A stretch of DNA of 64,000 bases from Dehalococcoidia bacterium (GTDB lineage: Bacteria; Chloroflexota; Dehalococcoidia; DSTF01; WHTK01). Of this stretch, positions 17,814 to 28,067 are shown in pieces. A program made the position numbers and the translations under genes. The notes beneath the pieces were generated by a model. It had not been told where the DNA came from. It searched no databases and saw only the letters and a list, made by a program, of their open reading frames with translations. The number at the start of each line of letters is the position of its first letter. Position 1 is the stretch's first letter. The stretch spans positions 3,812 to 67,811 of the forward strand of contig CBDCMQ010000007.1 of NCBI GenBank assembly GCA_965219205.1, given 5' to 3'.

Positions 17814-18839
17814 ATGCCGCTTGAAGGCAACGACTGGCTCGCCCAAACCCAGGAACCGGCCCTGGAACCCGAGCTGCCAATCTGCGATCCTCACCACCAT
17901 TTCTGGGACTTTCGCGGCGAGCGCGCTCCCTATGACCGCTACCTGCTGCCCGAGCTGGTCGAAGACCTAAACAGCGGCCACAACCTACGCTCAACCGTGT
18001 TCGTCGAGGCCCGCGCCATGTATCGCGCCCACGGCTCGATTGACATGCGGCCGGTGGGCGAAGTCGAATTCGTCCAGGGTCTGGCAGCGGCCAGCGCCAG
18101 CGGCCTCTACGGCGAAACCCAGGCCGCCGCGGCCATCGTCGGCCACGCCGACCTCACCCTTGGCAGTAACGTGTACCGGGTTTTGGAGGCTCTGGAAGCC
18201 GCCAGCCCCAACCGCTTCCAGGGCATCCGTCACTCAACCACCTGGGACCCGGACCCTTCGGTGCCGAACACCCTGGTCGACAACGAAGAGGGCATGCTGG
18301 ACACGGCCCAGTTCCGCGCCGGCGCCGAGGTGCTGGTCGAACGCCGCCTCTCCTTCGACGCCTGGCTCTTCGCCCATCAGATGCCCGACCTGGCCCGGTT
18401 CGCCCGCGCCCTGCCCGACCTGCCGATCATTCTCAACCATATCGGCGGCCTCAACCGGGTTGGCCCTTACGCCGGCCGTGAAGAAGAGAGCATGGCCGAG
18501 TGGCGCGCCGGCATCATCGACCTGGCCAGCTGCCCCAACGTCAACGTCAAGCTCGGCGGCCTCGGCATGCCACGCAACGGCTTCGACTGGCATCTGCGCG
18601 AAAAGCCGGTTGGCTCCGAAGAGCTGGCCGAGGACATGGCGCCCTTGTTCAACTTTTGCATCGAGCAGTTTGGCTCCGACCGCTGCATGTTCGAAAGCAA
18701 CTTCCCGGTCGATAAGGTCTCGTTTTCCTACAACATCCTCTGGAACGCCTTCAAGCGTCTCTCCGCCGGCTACTCCACTGAACAACGCGCCGACCTCTTC
18801 CACGACACCGCCGTCCGCGTCTACCGCATCGACGTTTAG
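17814..18839 (+). CDS. Amidohydrolase-2 family metal-dependent hydrolase (LigI/ACMSD-like)
   Basis: PICDPHHHFWDF N-terminal metal-binding motif; divergent from the hydrolase gene. Confidence 0.65.
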   Translation: MPLEGNDWLAQTQEPALEPELPICDPHHHFWDFRGERAPYDRYLLPELVEDLNSGHNLRSTVFVEARAMYRAHGSIDMRPVGEVEFVQGLAAASASGLYGETQAAAAIVGHADLTLGSNVYRVLEALEAASPNRFQGIRHSTTWDPDPSVPNTLVDNEEGMLDTAQFRAGAEVLVERRLSFDAWLFAHQMPDLARFARALPDLPIILNHIGGLNRVGPYAGREEESMAEWRAGIIDLASCPNVNVKLGGLGMPRNGFDWHLREKPVGSEELAEDMAPLFNFCIEQFGSDRCMFESNFPVDKVSFSYNILWNAFKRLSAGYSTEQRADLFHDTAVRVYRIDV

Positions 18840-18986
18840 GGTCGCGCAGCACTATTGACTAAGCGCATCGTTCAGAAATGCGACGAGAGCTTTGCGTAGC
18901 AATGCGACCCACGGCCGCCCGCGTCTGCCGAATAGACGCTTAGGGGCGCAGGGAGTGGGGCCAGCCTCGCGTCAGCAGCCCTGCCC

Positions 18987-20276
18987 TCAGTTCAACTGGC
19001 GGTAGCTCTTCATCGTCGTGAAGTAGAAGATCTGCAACCCCGCCACCAGTAGCCCGAAGATCAGGTAGGCATCCTGGATGCCTACCGCGTCCGAGGTCAG
19101 GCCGTAGAACAGGACGCCGACAGAACCCAGGTTGTTGACCATTGCAATCAGCGAGGCGACGCGACCGCGTAGGGCGTCCGGGGTTGCCTTCATCACCGCG
19201 GTCTGGGTGGTCGGCTGGTACTGGGAGCTCAGGGCGCCGAAGATGCAGGCCGCCAGTAACGTGGCTATGACGAAATCGGTTTGACTCATGATGATCGCCG
19301 CCATGGCCGGCGAAAGCACCGCCAGGAACAGCAGGCGGCCCTTGTATTTGTAGTCGCCCAGAGAGGCAGCGAACAGGCCGCCGGCGATGGTCAGAACCCC
19401 AGGAATCGCCATGATCAGACCGACCGTGGCCGGGCCCCGGTCCAAAATCTCTTTGACGTACAGGGGCATCAACTGCAGGAACGGCATGCCGAAGGTGATC
19501 GTCGTGATGCTGACGATCATTACCACGCGCACGGCCGGCTCCTTTACAGCGAAGGCCATCCCCTCCCGGAAGCTCTGCCAGAAGGGAACATGGACCTGGC
19601 CGGGGCGCTGCTCAACCTTGATCGGCTTCATCGCCAGGTACATGACCACCGGCAGCACCAGGAAGACCGTCATCAGGATGTAGGAGCCGGCCACTCCCGT
19701 GATCGCCAGCATCGCACCGGCCATGGAAGGCCCCATGATCCGGCTGGAGCCCATCAGCACCGATTGCAGGCTGGTCGCGTTCATGATCTTGTCCCGCGGC
19801 ACCAGATTGGGAATAACCGCCTGCAAGCCGGTCTGCTGCACCGTTATTGCCGCTCCGGCCACGATGGCGCTGGCCACGACGTGCCAGACTTCGATCACAT
19901 CGGTCATGTAAAGCGCGGCAATCAGCAGAAAGAAAATCGCGTTGAGCAGGTTCGAGGCGATCAGAATGTAGCGCCGGTCGATGCGGTCGGCCAAAACCCC
20001 CGCGATCGGCGTGATGCCAACGCTGCCAATCGCCCTGGTCAGGTGCACCAGCCCGATCATCAGCGCTGAATCGGTCAGCTCCAGGATCAGCCAAGTGCGG
20101 GTGAGCATCTCCGCCTGCTGCGCCATTGCCGAGCCGATCCGGCCGAACCACATCAGGCGGTAGTCGCGATACTGCAGCGAGTCGAACGTGTTGGGGTTGA
20201 GCCGAGGCAGGCGCCGGCGCGGAGGCGCTCCTTGAGGGTCGCTAGTTTGCGTCAAGGTTAGACTCTCGCCAGACAA
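18987..20276 (-). CDS. MFS transporter
   Basis: 429 aa, 12 predicted TM segments. Confidence 0.75.
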   Translation of the reverse strand: MSGESLTLTQTSDPQGAPPRRRLPRLNPNTFDSLQYRDYRLMWFGRIGSAMAQQAEMLTRTWLILELTDSALMIGLVHLTRAIGSVGITPIAGVLADRIDRRYILIASNLLNAIFFLLIAALYMTDVIEVWHVVASAIVAGAAITVQQTGLQAVIPNLVPRDKIMNATSLQSVLMGSSRIMGPSMAGAMLAITGVAGSYILMTVFLVLPVVMYLAMKPIKVEQRPGQVHVPFWQSFREGMAFAVKEPAVRVVMIVSITTITFGMPFLQLMPLYVKEILDRGPATVGLIMAIPGVLTIAGGLFAASLGDYKYKGRLLFLAVLSPAMAAIIMSQTDFVIATLLAACIFGALSSQYQPTTQTAVMKATPDALRGRVASLIAMVNNLGSVGVLFYGLTSDAVGIQDAYLIFGLLVAGLQIFYFTTMKSYRQLN

Positions 20277-20348
20277 TCTGCCTTAAGAGGTCACTTGTCA
20301 AGAGCCGGCTGCCGAAGAGGGCCTCGCAAGACCGATCCTTGCAACCAG

Positions 20349-21101
20349 CTATAGCAGACCGAAACTAAAGCAACGCCATAGATCGTCGGCAACTGCCCAA
20401 GCGTCCGTCTCAACACCGAGGTCCTCAAAGAAACGACAAACGTTGGCGACATCCCGGACCAGCAGTTCCTGAGAGCTGGGGTTAAAGCGCGGGTCAGTCG
20501 CCTGAGGAAAATCGATCACCTTCAACTCATCACGGAAGTAGAGGATATTGTGTGGTGAGAGGTCGCCGTGAACGCGGTTGATGCTCAACCAGATTTCAAT
20601 GTTGTCGATCAGCTTCGCATACAGACGCCGCGCCTCAGCGGTCGAACTGATTTCTGCCTGGTTCAGCTGTGGCGCCGGCCCATTCTCGTCACCGATGTAC
20701 TCCATTAAGACGATATCGCCAGCTGCCGCAATTGGGCGCGGCACATCGCTGCCAGCGTCGTAGACCAGCTTGAGCGTGGCGTACTCCTGATGATGCCAGG
20801 TTGATTCCTTGATCTTGCGGCCGAACTCGCTCTTGCTGGCCAGCGCCCGTTCGGCGCGCGGCGGCAGGCCGAGCTCCCGCACCCGGGCCTGCTGGTAGAC
20901 GGCATCATTTTTGAACCGAAACTGCCTAGCGCGAAAAACCTTTGCGGCAACGAGGCCAGCTCCGGCCGCCGCTCCACCGCGGCAGCAATAGACGGACGCC
21001 TCCTTGCCCGTCTTGATTACACCGAGGACCTCTTCGATGAAGCCGAGGTCGATAAATTCTTCAACCTGAGGGAGATGATCTCTCCCCTGAGACCTGCGCA
21101 T
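20349..21101 (-). CDS. RIO-type serine protein kinase
   Basis: ..GKEASVYC.., ..HGDLSPHNILY.., ..IDFPQA.. RIO kinase signatures. Confidence 0.7.
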   Translation of the reverse strand: MRRSQGRDHLPQVEEFIDLGFIEEVLGVIKTGKEASVYCCRGGAAAGAGLVAAKVFRARQFRFKNDAVYQQARVRELGLPPRAERALASKSEFGRKIKESTWHHQEYATLKLVYDAGSDVPRPIAAAGDIVLMEYIGDENGPAPQLNQAEISSTAEARRLYAKLIDNIEIWLSINRVHGDLSPHNILYFRDELKVIDFPQATDPRFNPSSQELLVRDVANVCRFFEDLGVETDAWAVADDLWRCFSFGLL

Positions 21102-21156
21102 CCATGCGACTCCTTGGCTAGCGGCTTCGGCACTTCACGCCGACGCCGCGTCAAAT

Positions 21157-21182
21157 CAAAAGGCCGCCTGGAAGGCGGCCCT
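21157..21182 (-). terminator. Terminator-like hairpin downstream of RIO kinase (ggccgccttccaggcggcc + T tract on minus strand)
   Basis: Inverted repeat with U-run on the transcribed strand. Confidence 0.4.
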
Positions 21183-21469
21183 GGAGCCATCACAAAATTG
21201 CGGTCAGGCTTCTAGCACACGTTTCCTTCCAGTGGCAGAGCAAGGCGAACTACAGATCCTGCCATGTCGTGCCTCCTTTCCAGCCATGCTGTCCTACTCA
21301 AATCGGCACACCGTTGTGAGCCAAGACTTGCTGTCGTCCAGATTATATCAGGCCTAATGGCAATCGGATCACAACTATCCTTGGCGTAGGCGAGGCGACG
21401 CCAGCTCAGCGATAATCGCCGCCACGGCTAGGGTGCCTCCAGTTATGGCTAACGCCGCCTGGATTCCCA

Positions 21470-21655
21470 GGAGCCATCGCGGTCAAAAAAGCAGAGCCCG
21501 TCTCATCCAGAACCAACCACCCACCGCCACCTGTTCCAGCGCCAGGGCAAGGTAGAACAACACCGCCGCGACCCACAGAGGCCTGAAGCCGGGATGTGAG
21601 AAGGCCACCAAAGGCCTGCCGCCTTTGACTGGCGGCGCTGGTTCGTTACTCATTG
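21470..21655 (-). pseudogene. Remnant N-terminal fragment of an MFS transporter paralogous to 21669-22898
   Basis: MSNEPAPPVKGGRPLVAFSHPGFRPLWVAAVLFYLALALEQVAVG..(frameshift)..WLVLDETGSAFLT matches N-terminus of adjacent MFS (..AFAYPGFGYLF..LEQLAVGWLVLDETGSAFLTG). Confidence 0.45.
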
Positions 21656-21668
21656 GCGCCGCTCCGAA

Positions 21669-22898
21669 CTAGCCCTGGCGCAGCCGCGGCAAAGTTAGGG
21701 TAGCAACTATCGCGGTCGCGGCGAGGCCGATGCCAAACGCCGCCAGCGCCGCTTGCACTCCCCAGATGGTCGCTATTGCTCCCAGGACTAGCGGTCCAAC
21801 CCAGCCCATGCCCGTCGTGGCGCTCCAGGCGCCGAGCGCGCGGCCTCGCAGGTCGCGCGGCACGCTGGATTGCAGCAGAACCCATTCCAGCGTATCGACC
21901 ATCGCCGTCGCCACCCCAACACCGCCAACCACCAGCAACGAAATCGCGAAGATGTCGGAGGCTCCGAGCAAGATCAGAAAAATACCAAACCCGAATACTA
22001 CGGCCAGGAGAAGAGCACCCTTTCGCCTGTAATCGCCCAACATTGCCAGGCCGGCCATGCCGATTAGCGACCCGGCCGCGGCGGCGGACGTTAAAGCGCC
22101 CAAACCTTCCGGCCCGACATCCAGAACATCCTCGGCCAGGACCGGCAACAGCGACATGTAAGAGAAGCCGAGGATCTCGACGATGATCATGAGGCCCAGA
22201 AGCATCGTCACTATCGGCACTGTGAGAATCAGCCCAAGCCCATCGCGAACCTCTGTCCAGACTCGACGGCCTGAGGATTGCGGCGGCGCCAGCGACCGCA
22301 CCCGCGTGTAACCCACACCGGCGACGAGGGCAATAACACTCGCCAGGATGAATACCGCCGCCGGGCTGACGCCGGCAATGATAAAGCCGGCGGTTAGCCC
22401 GCCGGCGATGCCGATACCTCGCTGGCCGAGATTGCCGATGCTCGTCGCGCTCAAAGCGTTGGTCTGACCGACGACGTCCGGGATGATCGCACCGTAGGCC
22501 GAAGTGCGCAACGACATGGAGATGCCGCCGAGGCCCACCAAGAACAACAGGACGGCGATGGCACCGCTATCGATTGACACGAGGGCAAACATCAGCGCCA
22601 GAACCGCTGCCTTTATCACACCGGCGCTGGCCATCACCTGAGAACGCGCGTGGCGATCGGCGAGCGCGCCGGAGATTGGGCCGAAGATCAGGTTCGGGCC
22701 CATGCGCACGGCAAAGGCCACTCCGGTGAGGAAGGCGGATCCAGTTTCGTCCAAAACCAGCCAGCCAACCGCTAGCTGCTCCAGGGACATGGCAAACGCG
22801 AATAGGACAGTCGAGCTAAAAAGATAGCCGAACCCAGGATAGGCGAACGCCGCCAGGGGTCCGGTGTCCTTGATCGAGACTTGGGGTTCATTTGTCAT
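21669..22898 (-). CDS. MFS transporter
   Basis: 409 aa, 12 TM. Confidence 0.75.
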   Translation of the reverse strand: MTNEPQVSIKDTGPLAAFAYPGFGYLFSSTVLFAFAMSLEQLAVGWLVLDETGSAFLTGVAFAVRMGPNLIFGPISGALADRHARSQVMASAGVIKAAVLALMFALVSIDSGAIAVLLFLVGLGGISMSLRTSAYGAIIPDVVGQTNALSATSIGNLGQRGIGIAGGLTAGFIIAGVSPAAVFILASVIALVAGVGYTRVRSLAPPQSSGRRVWTEVRDGLGLILTVPIVTMLLGLMIIVEILGFSYMSLLPVLAEDVLDVGPEGLGALTSAAAAGSLIGMAGLAMLGDYRRKGALLLAVVFGFGIFLILLGASDIFAISLLVVGGVGVATAMVDTLEWVLLQSSVPRDLRGRALGAWSATTGMGWVGPLVLGAIATIWGVQAALAAFGIGLAATAIVATLTLPRLRQG

Positions 22899-22928
22899 CG
22901 GCGCCTGCAGTAGGGCGTCCGGCCGCCG

Positions 22929-23743
22929 TTAGCTGACTCGGCCGCGCAGCGCCAGCAGCGCCGCCGTGAAAGTGATAACACCGAATAACACCACCGCGAG
23001 CAGCGCCTCCGAAAGCGCCCCCAGATCCCAGCCTTCCATCGAAAGCGATCGCATGCCTTTGAGCACGTAGGTCATCGGATTGAAGGTGGCGGCGGTCTTC
23101 AGCCAGCCGGAAAGGGAGTCCAGCGGTGCGAACGCAGTGGTAAGGAACATGAACGGGATGAACAGCGTCCAAACACTCTGGGTCGCCTGCGAGTTCCCCG
23201 TCTTAATCGCAATCGCAAAGCCGATCGCGGAAAATGCCGCCCCCAGACACTGGTCACCAGGATCAGCACCACCATGCCGAGAATGCCAGTCTCGAAGTGC
23301 AAGCCCAAGGGCAGAGCCACCGCCAGCACTAGGGTTGCCTGCGCCATAATCCGGAAGAAATCGGCGCTCATCGCTCCGACCAGCACTGCCAGGCGGTTGG
23401 CCGGTGTCAGCAGCAGCTTGTCGAAATAGCCGCTTTCGATGTCTGTAACCATGTTCAGTCCGGCGCTGCCGCTTTGCACGGCGAACATGATCCCCACTGG
23501 TAGCTGAAATGCGCGCCAGTTTGTAATGCCTGACTCGCCGGCGAATTCCTCCAGCGCCCCGACCATGACGAAGTAGAAGAAGATCGGGATCATCAGGTTG
23601 GGTATTAGGTAGGCCGGCGTCCGAATTACGGTTCGAACCTCGCGCGCACCTAGCAGCGCCGTTGCACGAACTGCCTCGCCCCAGAAATTCCAGGCTGGCA
23701 GCGTGCGCCTTAGGCGTGGTGTCTCAGTCAGCTCCATCTTCAT
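22929..23743 (-). pseudogene. ABC-2 type transporter permease, frame broken near 23230-23260 (C5 homopolymer); may be sequencing error
   Basis: N-terminal part in 23099-23743 ORF, C-terminal part (..FNPMTYVLKGMRSL..) in 22929-23150 ORF in another frame. Confidence 0.5.
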
Positions 23744-24704
23744 CCTCGGCGACTCCAGCCGTCGCGCCCTCGAGGCGAGACCCGGTCGCCTGAAGAAATA
23801 CTTCGTCCAACGAAGGGTGCGAGACTGCAACTTGGCCCAGTCCGACCCCGGCGCCGTCCAGCACCCGGATCACCTGTGCTACTGCTTGCGTACCCTGATC
23901 GACGAACAACGTCAGGCGTGTGTTTTCCGGTCGCATTTCGCGCAGTCCATCGAGGTCGCTGAGCAATGATTTCGCGATTTCGAGATTGCCACGGTCGAGC
24001 TCCACGGTCCCGATGTCTGAACCGATCGTCGCCTTCAGCGCCGCCGGCGTGCCCTCGGCAACGATGCGGCCGTGATCGATTATCGCCACCTGATCGGCGA
24101 GACGGTCTGCTTCCTCCATATAGTGCGTAGTCAGGAACACTGTCATTCCCAGTTCCTGGTTGAGTTTTTGCACTTCCTGCCAGACGGTCTGGCGGCTGGC
24201 AGGATCCAGTCCCTCAGTCGGTTCGTCTAGGAACAGCAGCAGCGGTTTGTGCACCAGCGCACTGGCCAAGTCCAGCCGCCGCTTCATGCCGCCGGAGAAG
24301 GTCTTCACCTGGCGTTCCGCCGCCTCGGTCAGACCCACAACCTCCAGCATCTCTGCCGCCCTCTCACGGGCCTCGCCGTTTCTCAGCCCACAAAGCTTGG
24401 CCTGCAGCTCAAGCAGCTCGCGCGCCGTGGCCAGCGCATCGAGCCCCGCCTCCTGCAACGCCACACCGATCGAGTGCCGGATGTCATGCGGCTGAGTCGC
24501 GAGATCGAGCCCCGCGACGCTGGCCCGACCCGAGGTCGGCCGCAGCAAAGTTGTGAGAATGCGCACCGTGGTCGTCTTGCCGGCGCCGTTAGGACCGAGA
24601 AAGGCGAAAATCTCGCCTTCGTTGATCTGAAGGTCGACGCCCGCGACTGCCTCGATGCCCCCGGAGAATTCCTTACGTAGCTTTTCTGTTTCCACCGCCA
24701 GCAA
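23724..24704 (-). CDS. ABC transporter ATP-binding protein (DrrA-like, ABC-2 subfamily)
   Basis: Walker A GPNGAGKTTT, signature LSGGMKRRLDLA, Walker B LFLDEPTEGLD. Confidence 0.85.
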   Translation of the reverse strand: MLAVETEKLRKEFSGGIEAVAGVDLQINEGEIFAFLGPNGAGKTTTVRILTTLLRPTSGRASVAGLDLATQPHDIRHSIGVALQEAGLDALATARELLELQAKLCGLRNGEARERAAEMLEVVGLTEAAERQVKTFSGGMKRRLDLASALVHKPLLLFLDEPTEGLDPASRQTVWQEVQKLNQELGMTVFLTTHYMEEADRLADQVAIIDHGRIVAEGTPAALKATIGSDIGTVELDRGNLEIAKSLLSDLDGLREMRPENTRLTLFVDQGTQAVAQVIRVLDGAGVGLGQVAVSHPSLDEVFLQATGSRLEGATAGVAEDEDGAD

Positions 24705-24887
24705 GGCCGCACTCCCGTAGTTTACTCTGGGCGGGCGTCACCAAGCCCAGCCATCAGTGTACTGGGGAGGACGAGTCTGAAGGTAGACGCGCCGCGAGTG
24801 CTCAGACGCACTTACGACGCGCAAGAAGAGAGGCAGAGCCCGGTGGTGTTGGACTCTGCCTCTGGGGAACAGTAAGAAGGCTAGCTT

Positions 24888-25259
24888 CTAGTCATTATCC
24901 TCGCCTTCGTGTCCCTCGCTGTCGTCGTCATGGCCCTCCCCGTCCTCATCTTCGTTCTCGTCGTCAATTTCCTCGCCGACAACGTTGAAATTCTCGTCCA
25001 GTTGGACGTCGGCTTGGCGGCCATCGTCCAGGGTGACCTCGACTTCGTAGTAACTCTCCTCGTCGCCGACTTCAGTTTCGGTCACGCGGCCGCCACCGGT
25101 ATGCTCGAGCGCCGCCGCGGTGGCCAGCTCGTAAGCCTCGCCAGTGATTGGTGTGTCGGTGTCATTAGCGACACCGGATCCTACCGCGACCCCTGCGCCG
25201 ATAGCGCCCAGCGCGGCAACGGCGACCACAATGACAATCAGCTTCTTTCTACCCTTCAT
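24888..25259 (-). CDS. PepSY-domain secreted protein with acidic tail
   Basis: Signal-like N-terminus; ..ALEHTGGGRVTETEVGDEESYYEVEVTLDDGRQADVQLDENFNVV.. Confidence 0.55.
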   Translation of the reverse strand: MKGRKKLIVIVVAVAALGAIGAGVAVGSGVANDTDTPITGEAYELATAAALEHTGGGRVTETEVGDEESYYEVEVTLDDGRQADVQLDENFNVVGEEIDDENEDEDGEGHDDDSEGHEGEDND

Positions 25260-25358
25260 TTCCCATCTCCTTCTTCCCCATCTTAGGGCTTCAAGCGGTC
25301 CGCGACTTCAATCTACCTCGGTTTGATGAAGATTTGGTGAACCGGATATGAAAACCGA

Positions 25359-26783
25359 TCACGCGGCCGGCAAACTCAGTCTGAAGGTCGTTCCCTCACC
25401 CAGCTTGCTCTCGACGGTGATCGAACCGCCGTGGGCCTCGGCAATCCAGCGGCAAATCGAAAGGCCGAGGCCGGCGCCGCCCTGCGCCCGTGAGCGGGCC
25501 TGGTCGACTCGAAAGAAGCGCTCGAAGACGTGCGGCAACTTGTCAGCAGCGATGCCCGGCCCCGTATCGGCGATGGATAATTCAATGCGGTTCCCGTCAG
25601 CCTTCCATGACATCCTGATTGAACCGCCGGCCTGGGTGTACTTGACCGCGTTGTCCAAGAGATTGAGCAATAGCTGCAGCATCAAGTCCTGGTCGGCAAG
25701 GATGTGAGCATCGGCGCCGGGCTCCACGGTCAGGCTTTGACCCTTCCGCGCCGCTGCCGGCCGCACACTCTCGATCGCGTCGGAAACCAGACTCTCGACG
25801 CTCAACTCCTCGCGATTGATCGGTATCCGCGCCGCATCGGCTCGCGCCAGAGTCAGCAGGCTTCCGACCAGCCGGATCAGGCGGTCTACCTCGGCGTTGA
25901 CCCGGCCGAGGACATCCCGATATTCCTTCGGGCTGCGATCCCACTGCAGGGCCACCTCGGTCTGACCTTTGATCGCCGTCAGCGGCGTGCGCATCTCGTG
26001 TGAGGCATCGGCCGTGAATTGGCGCTGACGCCGAAATGCCTCGTCAAGGCGCTCGATCATCTGGTCGAAAGTCGTGGCCAGCCGCCCGGCCTCGTCGTCC
26101 GGCAGGTCCAGCGCCAACCGCTGACTAAGGTCCTCCGCCCCTATCTGGCGCGCCATGCGTGTCACCGAGTCGATCGGTGCCAGCGCCCGTCCGGCCAAGA
26201 AGACCCCGCCACCGCTGGTCACGACCAACGCAAGCGGATAGGCGATAGCGATGATCACCAGGAGCGCGGTCAGAGTTTCGCGCGCGTCTTCGTCCGATAA
26301 ACCGACTTCAACAGCGCCGACAACGCCGGAGTCGGTCCGGATTGGCGCTGTGATCACTCGCAGACTCCCGTCCCCGGCCGCTGCGCGACGTGTAGTTCTG
26401 TTGCCGGCCAATGCCTCCTGAACCGCATTGGCATCAGTCGACGGACGATGCTCCTCGCCAGAATTGTCGAATATCAGCTGACCATTGGCGTCGTAAACAC
26501 GTGCGAATTCTTCCCCCTCACGCGGGTCACCGGGGATCGTAAGGCCGGCCGGCGCCAAGTCGCCATCTTCGATACTCAGAACGCGGATGATGCTAATTCG
26601 GCTCTGGATCGAGTCGTCCAGGCTTCTGTAAACACTCGCCTGTAAGGCCAAGTAGACGCCGCCGCTAAAAATCGCCAGCGTGACCGCCAGGATTACCATG
26701 TACCACAACGTCAGGCGGGCGCGGATCGAGGTGAAGCGGGGCACTCTAATCGTGCGGCCCGGCGGAGATTCGATAGCCCGCAC
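25359..26783 (-). CDS. Sensor histidine kinase (HAMP + HisKA + HATPase)
   Basis: H-box [15 protein letters not shown]-box [11 protein letters not shown]-box GGAGLGLSI. Confidence 0.85.
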   Translation of the reverse strand: MRAIESPPGRTIRVPRFTSIRARLTLWYMVILAVTLAIFSGGVYLALQASVYRSLDDSIQSRISIIRVLSIEDGDLAPAGLTIPGDPREGEEFARVYDANGQLIFDNSGEEHRPSTDANAVQEALAGNRTTRRAAAGDGSLRVITAPIRTDSGVVGAVEVGLSDEDARETLTALLVIIAIAYPLALVVTSGGGVFLAGRALAPIDSVTRMARQIGAEDLSQRLALDLPDDEAGRLATTFDQMIERLDEAFRRQRQFTADASHEMRTPLTAIKGQTEVALQWDRSPKEYRDVLGRVNAEVDRLIRLVGSLLTLARADAARIPINREELSVESLVSDAIESVRPAAARKGQSLTVEPGADAHILADQDLMLQLLLNLLDNAVKYTQAGGSIRMSWKADGNRIELSIADTGPGIAADKLPHVFERFFRVDQARSRAQGGAGLGLSICRWIAEAHGGSITVESKLGEGTTFRLSLPAA

Positions 26784-27426
26784 CGCGCACGGTCTGAATC
26801 AATTTTGGCGCGATACCATCATCAATCTTCCGCCGCAGATTCTTGACGTGCACATCGATAACGTTGGTTGCGTTGTCGAACTCATAGCTCCACACGTGTT
26901 CAGCGATCGTCGTGCGAGTCAGCACCTGGTTTGGATGCCGCATCACATACTCCAGCAAAGCAAATTCCTTCGCCGTCAGGTCAATATCGCGGCCGGATCG
27001 AGTCACCCGCCGGGTCAGGGTGTCAATTACTAGGTCACCCACTCGCAACTCATTCCCGAGCAGCGCCGGGTCGCGCCGGCCCAACGCCCGAAGCCGGGCC
27101 AGAAGCTCGGCAAATGCAAACGGTTTGACCAGGTAGTCGTCAGCGCCCGAGTCTAGCCCGGTTACTCTATCCTCTACCGCGTCACGTGCCGTCAGCATCA
27201 AAATCGGCGTCTGCACACCCTGCTTACGCAGCCGCCGACAGACTTCAAACCCGTCGATCAGAGGCAGCATTATGTCAAGAATAATGACATCGAACTCAGC
27301 TACTCACGGCCACGCCTCAGCCTCGGCTCCGTCCGCCGCCGTATCGACGCTAAAGCCGTTCTCGGTCAGCCCGCGGGCGACAAAATCGGCGATTTGCGGT
27401 TCATCTTCAACAACCAGAACCCGCAT
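26746..27426 (-). pseudogene. OmpR-family response regulator interrupted by a single in-frame TGA (27305-27307), otherwise intact
   Basis: [65 protein letters not shown]...winged-helix C-terminus. Confidence 0.65.
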
Positions 27427-27527
27427 AGCCTCATTTTAGGCCCCGGTTCATGAACCGGGGATGAAGCTTCTAAATTTTGCTGGGGCTGGGCTTCCCGTCG
27501 AGGCGTCCGGTACCGAGTTCGCCGCCG

Positions 27528-28067
27528 CTAGCCGCGCGAGTCGTAATCTGCCCGGCTTAGTTCATAAACCACGACTTCCACCTCTTCGCCGTCCATCTCC
27601 TGGCGCCGCTCGGCGATCTGCTTCATGCCGGCCTTTTCCATCACCCGCCGGCTGGCAATGTGGTCCGGGAAGGTGTCCGCTTCCACAGCCTCAACCTCCG
27701 GCAGCGTGAACAGGTATTCGATCAGGCGCCGCGTGGCCTCCGTTGTGTACCCTTGGCCCCGCAACGACTCGACTAATGAGTAGCCGATGGAGGCCCGTGA
27801 GGCTTCTTTCCCCAGAGAGTAGCCCGCCTCGCCGATCAGCGCGTCGTCAGACTTTCGAATAATGAACCAGGGCGAGAAACCGCTGGTCTCGTTGCTACGC
27901 TCTCCGGCCAGCAGGTCCATCACCTCGAGCGAAAACTGGCTCGGATAGCCATCGGCCAGCGGCATGCCCTCGGGCATGCCGCTGGCCAGGAACGCCTTCG
28001 CCTCCTCCTGAGTGATCTGGCGCAGGCGCAGCCGTTCAGTTTCCAATTCTTCCATGGGGTCAGTCAA
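27528..28067 (-). CDS. GNAT family N-acetyltransferase (RimJ/RimL-like)
   Basis: 179 aa acetyltransferase fold motifs; overlaps amidase stop. Confidence 0.65.
   Translation of the reverse strand: MTDPMEELETERLRLRQITQEEAKAFLASGMPEGMPLADGYPSQFSLEVMDLLAGERSNETSGFSPWFIIRKSDDALIGEAGYSLGKEASRASIGYSLVESLRGQGYTTEATRRLIEYLFTLPEVEAVEADTFPDHIASRRVMEKAGMKQIAERRQEMDGEEVEVVVYELSRADYDSRG

Noticed and set aside
23600-23640. tRNA-like T-loop sequence (ggttcgaacc)
   Set aside because: Lies inside the ABC-2 permease coding sequence, and no cloverleaf can be drawn.
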